A stretch of DNA of 64,000 nucleotides from an uncultured Bacteroidota bacterium (GCA_963772165.1 CAVYWA010000022.1:2832-66831); one strand, 5' to 3'. Counted from the first letter of the stretch, positions 32,301-46,686 are shown. Numbers and translations are program-made. Notes: generated from the letters alone by a model not told the origin.

Positions 32301-32987
32301 TTATTTCGCTAATAATTGGTATTTCATTTCAGCGAGTTTCCAGTCCATCTCGTTATCAATATCCTGCGCTTCTGTCTCTGAAATTTCTATGCCACCACAA
32401 TTATCCGTAATAATATTTTTTGTTTTGGAGAATTGGTCAACTTGTATCCAATAAAATTGGCCGGAATCATGAAATGCGGGCGGAAGATCTTGCGATCGTG
32501 AAAGAAGGTATTCCGGCCAATTCATTTGAACTTTGCCCTCAATCATTTTCAAACTACGCAAAATTGGATAACTAAACCGGACCAATGGAAACACGGCATC
32601 GAAGTTCTTTTTATTCAATAGTTCAAATGCCTCAATAAGTCTCACTGGTGTAATTAATGGTGCAGCAGGATATAAACAGCAAACATAATCGAAATGTCTA
32701 CCGTTTAACCTGTAGGATTCAATCACTTCTATCAACACTTCTGCTGTGGTTGCAAAATCATCAGAATTTTTCTTGCTTCGCATAAACGGAACATTGGCTC
32801 CATTTTGCACGGCAATTTTCGCTATTTCTTCATCATCGGTCGAAACCATAACCTCATCAAATAACTTACTTCTCAATGCGGCTTCAATTGAATACGTAAT
32901 AATTGGCTTCCCAAGAAAATCTTTGATATTCTTACGCGGTATACGTTTACTACCTCCGCGCGCAGGTATGATGGCGAGGTTACGCAT
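32301..32987 (-). CDS. pseF: Pseudaminic acid cytidylyltransferase
   Basis: IIPARGGSKRIPRKNIK, VSTDD, RSQDL, DSGQFYW, QDIDNEMDW. Confidence 0.93.
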   Translation of the reverse strand: MRNLAIIPARGGSKRIPRKNIKDFLGKPIITYSIEAALRSKLFDEVMVSTDDEEIAKIAVQNGANVPFMRSKKNSDDFATTAEVLIEVIESYRLNGRHFDYVCCLYPAAPLITPVRLIEAFELLNKKNFDAVFPLVRFSYPILRSLKMIEGKVQMNWPEYLLSRSQDLPPAFHDSGQFYWIQVDQFSKTKNIITDNCGGIEISETEAQDIDNEMDWKLAEMKYQLLAK

Positions 32988-33612
32988 TTTTGTTTGGTTT
33001 TAGAATCAGATGAGGACTCGAACCAAAAACGATAACATTACAACCAATATTTTGATCCTTGATAAATGAATCAGCAGCAATAATTACATTATTACCAATA
33101 AGAGAATCTCCAATCACAACGCTGTTTGCTAGCATTGTTACATTTTCGCCTAAAACAGGATAAATACCTTTATTGTTTCCAATAGTACAACCCTGTGAAA
33201 ATGAAAAGTAATTTCCAAATGTCCCTCTGCCTATAACACTACCCAGCGGATGATCAAGCATAAAAATATCAGGAAGGGTTACTTCGTAAAACAAATCTAC
33301 GCTATTCAACAGCCTATTGAGATAATAAATTTTATCGCAAGTTTTGGAATATTGAGCAGATTTTCTGTAAAGTGCATTGCTTAAAAAATACAAAAAAATG
33401 CACCACTGACCTGAATGGAAAGGATTAAAATAAGTTTCACCATTGTTATGGTAATATTTATTGGGTGTTGCTGAAAAACAATACTCCGTCCTCTTCAATA
33501 CTTCAGTATAAATGCCTTCAATCAGCTTAAACTCTTCATCACTTATAAGAAAAAAAGAGAGTTGCTTATAGAGTAATTTTAAAATAAAGTCGCTTGTGTA
33601 ATCGCATTTCAT
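32980..33612 (-). CDS. Serine-acetyltransferase-like left-handed beta-helix acyltransferase
   Basis: DHPLGSVIGR, QGCTIG, hexapeptide repeats. Confidence 0.8.
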   Translation of the reverse strand: MKCDYTSDFILKLLYKQLSFFLISDEEFKLIEGIYTEVLKRTEYCFSATPNKYYHNNGETYFNPFHSGQWCIFLYFLSNALYRKSAQYSKTCDKIYYLNRLLNSVDLFYEVTLPDIFMLDHPLGSVIGRGTFGNYFSFSQGCTIGNNKGIYPVLGENVTMLANSVVIGDSLIGNNVIIAADSFIKDQNIGCNVIVFGSSPHLILKPNKNA

Positions 33613-34760
33613 ATAAAGTAATTATTGATCGTCTTACAAACAAAATCTTGATCTTTCCTTGGTAAGGTAGGATACATCGGTAAGCTTAGGCAATGTTTGT
33701 AATAATTTTCGGCACAGGGTAAATCGCCCTCTTTCCAACCAAACTGTCGGTAGTAAGGCATCATATGAACGGGAACATAATGTACCTGTGCAAAAATATT
33801 TTCTTGCCGTAAGTAGTCGTACAATCCCTTTCTATCTTCTACTTCAATGATATACAAATGATATGCATGCCCTTTGACAAAGCCAGATTGCCCCTTTATA
33901 TACGGTTTATCTTTAAACGCCTGATCATAGATCGCTGCAATTTCCTTTCGTCTTTGCAGTCCCTTATCAGCTCTTTGTAATTGACTATGCCCGAGAGCTG
34001 CCTGAAAATCAGTTATCCGATAATTAAATCCTAATTCCTGCATTTCATAATACCAACCGCCTTGGTTTTCATGCATTAGACCACGGTCCTTGGTAATCCC
34101 ATGGGTACGGAGTAAGAGTAGCTCCCTATACAATTTTTCATCATTGGTTGTTACCATACCGCCTTCACCACAGGTAATGTGTTTCACCGGATGGAAAGAG
34201 AATATTGCCAATTCGGCAAATTCACCATTGCCACAGTTATGTCCGATGCCTTTCGAATCAGTAAAGTATCCGCCGGGGGCATGACAGGCATCTTCGATAA
34301 TCCAGCAACCGAATTCATCGGCCAGTTTACGGAAAGCCTCTAGGTCAATTGGGTGTCCGGCAAAATCAACAGGAATAATTCCTTTGTATGTCCCTTTCGG
34401 AGATGCTCCTAATAATTCCTTTACTTTTTTAATGTCTAATAAATAGGTGTTGGGGTCAATATCAGCAAAAACAACTTCGCCACCTGCATACCGAACGCAG
34501 TTTGCGGAGGCCGCAAAGGTTACCGGTGTCGTAATAACCTTATCTCCAGGTTTTACACCTATGGCAAGCGCACAAAGATGTAATGCAGCGGTGCCATTTG
34601 CAACGACCACTGCATATTTGCAACCGATGTAAGTTGCAAATGACTTTTCAAATTCCTGTATTTTCGGACCTTGCGTCAAAAAATCCGATTTAAGAACATC
34701 TATGACAGCCTGAATATCTTCATCGGTAATATTTTGCCGTCCATAAGGAATTGGTTTCAT
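33609..34760 (-). CDS. pseC: UDP-4-amino-4,6-dideoxy-N-acetyl-beta-L-altrosamine transaminase
   Basis: IPYGRQ, LTQGP, NGTAALH, EDACHA, SFHPVKHITCGEGG, GFNYRITD. Confidence 0.94.
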   Translation of the reverse strand: MKPIPYGRQNITDEDIQAVIDVLKSDFLTQGPKIQEFEKSFATYIGCKYAVVVANGTAALHLCALAIGVKPGDKVITTPVTFAASANCVRYAGGEVVFADIDPNTYLLDIKKVKELLGASPKGTYKGIIPVDFAGHPIDLEAFRKLADEFGCWIIEDACHAPGGYFTDSKGIGHNCGNGEFAELAIFSFHPVKHITCGEGGMVTTNDEKLYRELLLLRTHGITKDRGLMHENQGGWYYEMQELGFNYRITDFQAALGHSQLQRADKGLQRRKEIAAIYDQAFKDKPYIKGQSGFVKGHAYHLYIIEVEDRKGLYDYLRQENIFAQVHYVPVHMMPYYRQFGWKEGDLPCAENYYKHCLSLPMYPTLPRKDQDFVCKTINNYFI

Positions 34761-34849
34761 AATAGAATTCTGAAATTAGGAAATGTCTCTTAATTCATTT
34801 GCTCATTTCTTCAATCTCAACCCGATGCCGGCTCTTTCCCAAATTACTT

Positions 34850-35447
34850 CTAACTCACGGTTTATTCCCTGCGTTTTGAAGTGATCCACCGATGTTACAC
34901 AAAATAGATAAAAGGGGAATACTTGAGAACAACCCACAACAGAACAAAGGGCGATCCTGATGAACAACTCAACTTTGGACTTACACAAAGATTATTTGGT
35001 ACCATGTTCGCCAACGTAGACATCGATGCCCTGCATAATCCAATTCCGCACTACCCCTTTAACTCGATTTCCTTTTTGTGCGGGAGCTTTTATCTTGAAT
35101 TCTAATTCCGCCGGGTCTATTATATGGGTAACTTTATCGATATCCACAACATCAACATTAGCACCTACGAACACTGCACAGTTTGAATTGACAAGAAATG
35201 TGAGACAAGCAGTGACAATGAGATCATCCTTCTTCCAACCAAAAGCTATTACTACGAGATGAATGACAGAAGTACTATTTGCGACCGCAGAGGCCTGTAA
35301 CGTACCAATTCCTCAATACAACGCGTTCTCAAATTCCTTTACTTTGGGACATTGTGTTAGCCAATCGCCCTGTAAAGTCTCAACTACCGCTTGAACATCG
35401 GCTTGGTCAATTTATTGTTTTCCGTATGAATAGTATTTATTGAACAT
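34850..35447 (-). pseudogene. Decayed second pseC-type aminotransferase (N-terminal part)
   Basis: Manual translation from an ATG overlapping the pseB end: MFNKYYSYGKQ*IDQADVQAVVETLQGDWLTQCPKVKEFENALY*..AVANSTSVIHL..TFLVNSNCAVFVGA..DID, with two in-frame stops. Confidence 0.8.
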
Positions 35448-36441
35448 TGGCCGCTATTAGGTCACGAAGTTCGTCGACGGTGAGAAAGTGTTTGTTGGTA
35501 CCGCTGCTGTAGCGGAAACCGTATTCACAAGCCTTACCCGGATTTTTGTTGCTTGTTAGCTTGAATTTCTCAATGTCCCACAGATGAGTTGAAGGCAAAA
35601 TGACGTAGTAATTCTCAAATTCAATTGTGTTCAGCGCGTCAGTTTCAGTGATCATTTCTTCATGGAGCTTTTCACCCGGCCGTATTCCGACGATCTTGAT
35701 TTTCGATTCGGGAGCGATGGCCTTGGCCAAATCCAGAATCCTGTACGAAGGAATCTTCGGAACAAAGAGTTCGCCTCCCCACATATGCTCGAGACAAAAC
35801 AGTACAAAATTGACTCCCTCTTGAAGCGTGATATTGAAGCGGGTCATTCGCTCATCGGTAATTGGAAATACACCTTCCGACCTCATCTTCAAGAAAAATG
35901 GAATGACCGAACCCCGGCTACCCAGAACGTTGCCGTAGCGGACGACGGAGAATTTAATATCCTTGCTCCCTTTATAGTTGTTTGCGGCAATGAAAAGTTT
36001 ATCTGAAGTTAACTTTGTTGCCCCGTACAGATTAATCGGTGCGGCAGCCTTATCGGTACTGAGCGCGATAACCTTTTTCACTCCGGCATGGAGAGACGCG
36101 TCGATCACATTTTGCCCGCCTAAGATGTTTGTTTTGACTGCTTCGAACGGGTTATATTCCGCAGCTGGAACCTGTTTTAATGCAGCAGCATGCACGACAA
36201 CGTCTACGCCTTCCATCGCGGTGATCAAACGAGGGAGGTCTCTCACGTCACCGATGAAGTACCTCATCAATTGATCATGTGATTTAAAGGGTTCCGTATG
36301 TTGCATCTCAAATTGCTTGAGTTCGTCTCGACTATAAACAACGACTTTCTGTGGGTTATAGTTTTTAAAGACTGCTGTAATGAATTGTTTTCCAAAAGAA
36401 CCTGTACCACCGGTTATTAATATTCTTTTATCCGTCAACAT
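35437..36441 (-). CDS. pseB: UDP-N-acetylglucosamine 4,6-dehydratase (inverting)
   Basis: TGGTGSFG, SRDELKQ, HAAALKQVPAAEYNP, STDKA, YGATK, RYGNVLGSRGSV, GIRPGEKLHE. Confidence 0.96.
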   Translation of the reverse strand: MLTDKRILITGGTGSFGKQFITAVFKNYNPQKVVVYSRDELKQFEMQHTEPFKSHDQLMRYFIGDVRDLPRLITAMEGVDVVVHAAALKQVPAAEYNPFEAVKTNILGGQNVIDASLHAGVKKVIALSTDKAAAPINLYGATKLTSDKLFIAANNYKGSKDIKFSVVRYGNVLGSRGSVIPFFLKMRSEGVFPITDERMTRFNITLQEGVNFVLFCLEHMWGGELFVPKIPSYRILDLAKAIAPESKIKIVGIRPGEKLHEEMITETDALNTIEFENYYVILPSTHLWDIEKFKLTSNKNPGKACEYGFRYSSGTNKHFLTVDELRDLIAANVQ

Positions 36442-36721
36442 TATTTTTTATCCAGCACTAAAATATTCAAAGAGAGAATATATCGAGACAGCGTGAATTA
36501 GTCGATCATAAATATTTACTTCATCTGTTGAGCACGGCTTCAGGACCACGTCCCTTTTCAATGGTCCGCGGGATTCATTCAACCACACCGAAGTTCTTTG
36601 GATCCCATAACAACAGGTATGAAAATATTCTTCTTGCCAACCCACCGGATAACTTCCCTCATCACTCAAACCCTTTAGTCTTTTATTGAAGATCAACCAG
36701 CATGGTAGTAAAAAAGAATCT

Positions 36722-37744
36722 TCAAGTGTTTGAAGGGGTTCGAAATTCACGCTTTAAAAAAGACTGTACAGATGCAATTCTTTCGCTATATGTAAATTTG
36801 ACGTAGACAAAACCGATTCCCGCAAGGAGAGAAAGGAAAAAGGAAAAAATGACAATCAATTTTCTCTGGGGTTTGTCCCTCGTTGCGGACGCCCGGCCGG
36901 TATCCATGATATTTACGATGGGAATATTTTTTATTTCTTCTATCTTTGTGAGCTCGTACTGTCTTTTCAATTCCGTATATAACGTTGAATTAATCTGCAC
37001 TTCGCGAATAAATCGCTCTTGTTCCAACAATAGCTGAGGGGAATCGGCAATTCTTCTGTTGTTTTCCCGAAAGTCTTTTAACGCGTTCTCAGAGGATTCC
37101 AAGTCACCCTTCACTTCTTTTAATCTTCCCTCAATCCATTTTCGCTGTTCAGAAGCATTCGTAGTACGTTTCGTTCGCACGAACAAATCAAGCTGGGAAG
37201 CAACAGCATTAACGATATCCGCAGAGAGTTGGGGCTCTTTCGTCATGAGTGAAATCGAGAGAACATTTGTTTTATTATCGAGGGAAACTTCCAACTCTTC
37301 TCGCAGTGCTCTAAGCATCGATTCGTACGCTAACTGCGGTTTTTCCTCCTCAATACCCCATATCTTGATAAGATTTACAGAGTCTGCGAACGAGTTTACC
37401 ACATATTTTTGATAGATAACATTTTTAAGGACCGCTTCGCTTTTGACAATGATGGGATAGAGCTTGGAAAGTGACGCTTCACCGCCTACATTTACCCCTG
37501 CCAATGATGCAAGGTCGGAAAGACCGCCAAGCCCAGCTAATTTACTTGGATTCGTTTCGGGTAAAATGATGACGGTTGAGCTGTAATATTGAGGGAGCAG
37601 GAAGCTGATGATGACGGCTGCCACCGTCACTGACGCTGTAATAACGCCGATAAGCTTTCGAGACCCCCACAGAACCGTGAATAATTCCTCAAAATCAAAA
37701 GGAGTATGTTCGCCGGCAGGTTCTATAGAACTGTTGTCTTCCAT
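36722..37744 (-). CDS. Wzz/GumC-type chain-length determinant
   Basis: Two TM helices flanking a periplasmic coiled coil; KPQRKLIV before the C-terminal TM. Confidence 0.88.
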   Translation of the reverse strand: MEDNSSIEPAGEHTPFDFEELFTVLWGSRKLIGVITASVTVAAVIISFLLPQYYSSTVIILPETNPSKLAGLGGLSDLASLAGVNVGGEASLSKLYPIIVKSEAVLKNVIYQKYVVNSFADSVNLIKIWGIEEEKPQLAYESMLRALREELEVSLDNKTNVLSISLMTKEPQLSADIVNAVASQLDLFVRTKRTTNASEQRKWIEGRLKEVKGDLESSENALKDFRENNRRIADSPQLLLEQERFIREVQINSTLYTELKRQYELTKIEEIKNIPIVNIMDTGRASATRDKPQRKLIVIFSFFLSLLAGIGFVYVKFTYSERIASVQSFLKREFRTPSNT

Positions 37745-37786
37745 GCACTACATTCCTCTTAAACCGTCTCTCGAATCACGCCGTTT

Positions 37787-37823
37787 TCCCAATCCATCTC
37801 ACCATTCCAATATTCCATCATTC
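37787..37823. repeat. Short orphan octamer array (CCANNATT-like) after the export gene
   Basis: TCCCAATCCATCTCACCATTCCAATATTCCATCATTC. Confidence 0.6.
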
Positions 37824-37831
37824 TTTCTCGG

Positions 37832-40348
37832 CTACTTCGTTATCTGTATGATGCCAATGGTGATCGCGGCAATGCTTGCCATCACCGTCGCCCATGCGCT
37901 CAAAATTGGCAGCGTCTTGTCTTCTGTTTCAATTTTCTGGGGAACGTAGATAACGCTTCCGGGCAATATTTCCGGGTCTGGAAAAGGCCACATGCGGGGC
38001 TCCCATTTTTTGCCTCCAGGCAAAAACACAACGACCTTCCCTCCATCCGCCTCCTCCTTCATTCCACCAGCTTGCTTAATGTAATAATAGACGTTCTGAC
38101 CACTATTGTAGACAACGGGAGATGGGACAAATACCTCACCTTTCACGTACACAAGGTCTTCCAAATAAGCTACATAAATTGAGTCCCCCTCCTCCACGGC
38201 AATATTATCACGCGAAGCCGTATCCTGCATCGCTTTTCTGAAATCGATCGGGATCCAGCCCGTTGTTGCAGCTTGATTCACCGGGGTAGGGGCCGTTCGT
38301 TTCGCTCTGGATGAATCGAGCAACGACGTGCTTGAAATCGCTACCTCGGTTGCTTTTGCAGGGGACCAACTGGGATCAATTGAATTGCGTACAAATTTCG
38401 AACCTTCAAGATACGCACCCGGCCGAAGCCCGCCGGCACGTTTTATAATTTCGGCGAGCCGTTCGCCTTCATTTTTTATTGAGTAAACTCCGGGATAAAC
38501 GACATAACCGCTTACCTTCACAATTTTTTGTTCCGCATACCGAGGGTTGGCAGGAACAAACACGAGGTCGTAGTCTTGAAGGAGAAATCTTTGGTTGCTG
38601 TTGTTATTCCAATAATCAGCCGGCATATCGACTTTGTACACTTTGCTGTAGGTCGAGAGATTCGATGAATCAATTCGCGAAATCTCCCATCCATTTGTTG
38701 TAGCATCTTCTCTCAGTCCCCCTGCCAAGACGACCAGGTCCGCGGCGGTCATGTTTTCATTGCGGGGAAAACTTCCCGGATTTCTCACAGCCCCGGAGAT
38801 CGTTACTCGATGCTCGGGGAAGAATTCGCTTTCTTTATAGATGATGACTGTATCCTCATTCTGTAAGAGGATATTATTCGCGGTATCTCCTGCCAAAGCA
38901 AGCTTTGGGCTGAACGGCATGAGCTCCCGGCGAAGGGTGGGAAGCAGACGTAATAAATTCCCTCTTTCGACAAAGCTGTTGCGTGCGAGACTATCAGCCT
39001 GCATGATGAGATCTTTGACCCGCATCTCGGGGCGCAATTCGAATACGCCTGGCTTCTTCACGCTGCCAACAATTGTCACCCTGTTGTCGGGTAAATCGGA
39101 GATCTTAAGAACGGTAATGATGTCGCCGTCCTGCATCACTTGCGAGCTTTTTCTAAACTCTGCAATAGATTTGAACTCATAGTCAAGATCCAACAGGTTT
39201 TTTTTATAATTTTCGCGCTCTTCAAACGGGACAACGCGTTCAATGTGGACGCGGTTGAAGTAAGCGTCGAAGCGGAGGCCGCCGGCTAGCTCGATTGATT
39301 GGCTCAGCGTTTCACCCCCTGCGAGTTCGTAAATTCCCGGACGCACCACATTTCCTGCAATGGCCACGCGTTTCCCTGCCGGGGGAACAAACACCACATC
39401 GCCATTCTGCAATCGGGTGTCGTTCGATTTACTTCCTCTGATAATGTAGTCGTAGAGATCAAAAACAAATTGCGGCTTGCCGGAGCGGACGACCTGAACA
39501 TTTCTCATCGACCCGTTCACCGTCGGACCACCGGCAAGATAAAGGGCATGGAGTGTCGTTGACATGGATGAGAGAGGATACCCTCCGGGTTTTTCCACTT
39601 CACCAAGAACGAAGACTTGTATCGTCCTGAGTTTTCCGATCGAAACATCCAGGAATGTAGTTGCTCCTGTTGATCCTTCTTTCAGCCCCGAATAGATTTG
39701 CGACATTCTTTTTAAGAGCCTATCGCGAAATTGCTGCAGGGTGTAACCAAAAGCACTTACGGGTCCTACATCGGGGACAAGAATATTGCCTTCCCGATTC
39801 ACTGTCAGCTGATAATAGAGCTTTGTGTCTCCCCATACCGTGATCACAACCTGGTCTCCGGGTCCCATTTGATAAGATTCCGGAGTCGCTACATTCAACG
39901 CGGGTTCAAAGGTTGATGGCGGGTTTCTGAACATGTCGTAGCCAAACGGAAGCAGGTCTTCCACTCCTTTGCGCGACGTGAACCCCGGAATGACCACTCT
40001 TTTCCTTGGGACAATTCTCTGATTCTGGGGTTGCCTGCCGGTGGCGGGCTCTGTTACCGGTGTTTCTGGCGGTTGAACACCCGTTGTGGTGTCCGACGGC
40101 TGGGTTTTCGTTGATAGATAATCTTCAAGGCTGATATTGAGCTCTGCTGCTTTGCGGACAGCCTCGTCGCGTGAAATTCCTAGCTCATTGAGCTTACGGT
40201 CGATCTCTTCAGGCGTCATATTCTGGAGGGCCGACTCGGCGGTAGTTTTCAGCTGTTCGTTGGACTGGCCGAAACCTTTCGATGTCCATGCTGCCGTTGC
40301 AAGAAGGAGAAACAAAAACGGAAAAATAAATGTATGCCGCTGCTTCAT
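37832..40348 (-). CDS. SLBB-domain polysaccharide export protein (Wza/KpsD-like)
   Basis: Signal peptide; YQMGPGD, GEVEKPGGY and repeated G.V..PG SLBB units; C-terminal amphipathic helix. Confidence 0.92.
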   Translation of the reverse strand: MKQRHTFIFPFLFLLLATAAWTSKGFGQSNEQLKTTAESALQNMTPEEIDRKLNELGISRDEAVRKAAELNISLEDYLSTKTQPSDTTTGVQPPETPVTEPATGRQPQNQRIVPRKRVVIPGFTSRKGVEDLLPFGYDMFRNPPSTFEPALNVATPESYQMGPGDQVVITVWGDTKLYYQLTVNREGNILVPDVGPVSAFGYTLQQFRDRLLKRMSQIYSGLKEGSTGATTFLDVSIGKLRTIQVFVLGEVEKPGGYPLSSMSTTLHALYLAGGPTVNGSMRNVQVVRSGKPQFVFDLYDYIIRGSKSNDTRLQNGDVVFVPPAGKRVAIAGNVVRPGIYELAGGETLSQSIELAGGLRFDAYFNRVHIERVVPFEERENYKKNLLDLDYEFKSIAEFRKSSQVMQDGDIITVLKISDLPDNRVTIVGSVKKPGVFELRPEMRVKDLIMQADSLARNSFVERGNLLRLLPTLRRELMPFSPKLALAGDTANNILLQNEDTVIIYKESEFFPEHRVTISGAVRNPGSFPRNENMTAADLVVLAGGLREDATTNGWEISRIDSSNLSTYSKVYKVDMPADYWNNNSNQRFLLQDYDLVFVPANPRYAEQKIVKVSGYVVYPGVYSIKNEGERLAEIIKRAGGLRPGAYLEGSKFVRNSIDPSWSPAKATEVAISSTSLLDSSRAKRTAPTPVNQAATTGWIPIDFRKAMQDTASRDNIAVEEGDSIYVAYLEDLVYVKGEVFVPSPVVYNSGQNVYYYIKQAGGMKEEADGGKVVVFLPGGKKWEPRMWPFPDPEILPGSVIYVPQKIETEDKTLPILSAWATVMASIAAITIGIIQITK

Positions 40349-40606
40349 TTTACGTTTAGTTGAAATTGACGGAAATTGACCCCATGCAAAAGCTTTGAGA
40401 TGCTGACTTCTCGAAGGATAGCTATCATTTTTTCAATGACAATATATCGAGTTAAGATAAAAATTCTAAATGATTTTTCCAAGCGAATAATAATTGGTCA
40501 AAGCTTGGCCTTTCTGCAACCATGTAATAGGTCAGCCAATCATTGGAAAGTTACCGCGTTTGCAGGTGTTTCGATTTCACGGAAGGAATGAGCATCGACC
40601 GGAAAC

Positions 40607-40639
40607 AAAAATGCCCCGTGCTTTTTGACACGGGGCATG
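40607..40639 (-). terminator. Intrinsic terminator of the rRNA operon
   Basis: ATGCCCCGTG/CACGGGGCAT stem followed by a U-run on the minus strand. Confidence 0.85.
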
Positions 40640-40648
40640 TAAAAATAT

Positions 40649-40766
<118 letters not shown>

Positions 40767-40987
40767 TTTAAAAATTGCAACCGAGAAGACTCCCGCCGAA
40801 AGCGGGAACGAAACCTGAGCATTCCGCTAAAACCTTCCGAAGGTTTCCGCGAAAGCGTAACAAAAACTTCATGTTGTGTTGCATCGATGTAAAACCCTTC
40901 GGAAGGTTGTTTCACCGATTTTTTTCTTTAGCGCACTTTCCAATTAAGTTTATTGATGCACAACGTTGTGTATACAATAAAAAATAT

Positions 40988-44010
<3,023 letters not shown>

Positions 44011-44239
44011 AAAAAATCTTTTATTGAACACACAACGTAGAATCCCGCCCAAAAATCTGAACGAGACGGTGCATCAATAAACTTATATGGAAAGTTGATC
44101 TATGAAGCTTGTTACATAATGCTTTTGGTTTCGAAAAAATCTTTGTGACGGATTTTTGTTCGCCCGCCATCCTAAGACAGCAGACAACGACTCGTCCGAA
44201 TATAAAATTTTTTCTTCTCGATTGTCAAAGAACAGCAAG

Positions 44240-44314
44240 AAATTTTCAAATTGCAATTTTCGATTTTTCAATCGTCAACCAATTGAAATTTGCAAATCGA
44301 AAATTGAAAATTTC
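44240..44314. repeat. AT-rich hairpin built from inverted heptamers (AAATYGA-like) in the ITS; second copy at 44451-44511
   Basis: AAATTTTCAAATTGCAATTTTCGATTTTTCAAT...ATTGAAATTTGCAAATCGAAAATTGAAAATTT. Confidence 0.8.
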
Positions 44315-44350
44315 CTCGTGGAGCTAATCCTCCTTCGGAGGATAACCTCG

Positions 44351-44425
44351 TGGAGCTAAGCGGGATCGAACCGCTAACCTCCCCGCCTAGGCGGGGCGCT
44401 CTCCAAAAATCTGAGCAATAACTCC
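44351..44425 (-). ncRNA. tRNA-Ala-derived tRNA-like element with altered anticodon arm
   Basis: GGAGTTA TT GCTC AGATTTTTGGA GAGC G CCCCG CCTAGG CGGGG AGGTT AGCGG TTCGATC CCGCT TAGCTCC A folds as a cloverleaf. Confidence 0.7.
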
Positions 44426-44515
44426 TTAATTAAACAAAGAACAAAAAAAGAAATTTTTCGATTTTCAATTGCTTGTCAATCAAAGATTGCAAATCGAAAC
44501 TTGAAAATTTCTTCG

Positions 44516-44588
44516 TGGAGCTAACCGGGATCGAACCGGTAACCTCCTGGTTGCAAACCAGGCGCTCTCCCAATTGAGCTATAGCCCC
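44516..44588 (-). tRNA. tRNA-Ala(TGC)
   Basis: GGGGCTATAGCTCAATTGGGAGAGCGCCTGGTTTGCAACCAGG..TTCGATCC..TAGCTCCA; G3:U70 present. Confidence 0.97.
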
Positions 44589-44620
44589 ATAGCATCCGTG
44601 GTTTTCGCTTACGCCAAGTG

Positions 44621-44694
<74 letters not shown>

Positions 44695-44802
44695 ATGGTC
44701 AGTTAAGGTTAAAAGAAAAATGTGTGCACAGCAGCAAGTGAAAAACAGTCAAGGAATATTATTCTAAGTTGATATCGTCCCATCTTTCGATGGAGACATG
44801 CT

Positions 44803-46343
<1,541 letters not shown>

Positions 46344-46452
46344 AATTCAATATCTTGAGTTATCAACTTCGAGTATGATTGATTTGGCTTATTGTATTAA
46401 TTAGCCAAGGTTAAAACCTTGATTGTAATTGACTTAGAAGCTGTGCACACTA

Positions 46453-46466
46453 TTTTTCAAAGAACA
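46453..46466 (-). promoter_or_regulatory. boxA-like antitermination site (TGTTCTTTGAAAA); similar sites in the ITS near 44224 and 44432
   Basis: Matches the rRNA leader boxA pattern, downstream of a boxB-like hairpin at 46481-46507. Confidence 0.65.
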
Positions 46467-46507
46467 ATTTCTTGTAGAATTAAAAGCCCGTTTCTGAACG
46501 GGCTTTT

Positions 46508-46536
46508 AATATACGAACAAATAATCCAGATGTCAA
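46508..46536 (-). promoter_or_regulatory. rRNA operon promoter TTGACA-17-TATATT
   Basis: Perfect -35, 17-nt spacer. Confidence 0.85.
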
Positions 46537-46686
46537 GAAACTTTTGAATATTTTCGATAGTTTTTTAAAGATTTGTTGAATTTATAGCTCTATGCACCAA
46601 AGATGCTGGCACTTCCCTTGGGCGGATAACCTAGGATTTTCGTCCGTTGTAGACTCTCTTCAGAAAAGTGCCCGACATCTCCATTT

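Noticed and set aside
36448-36750. 100-aa ORF or nucleotidyltransferase relic between wzz and pseB
   Set aside because: Atypical composition and only a vague resemblance; unsupported.
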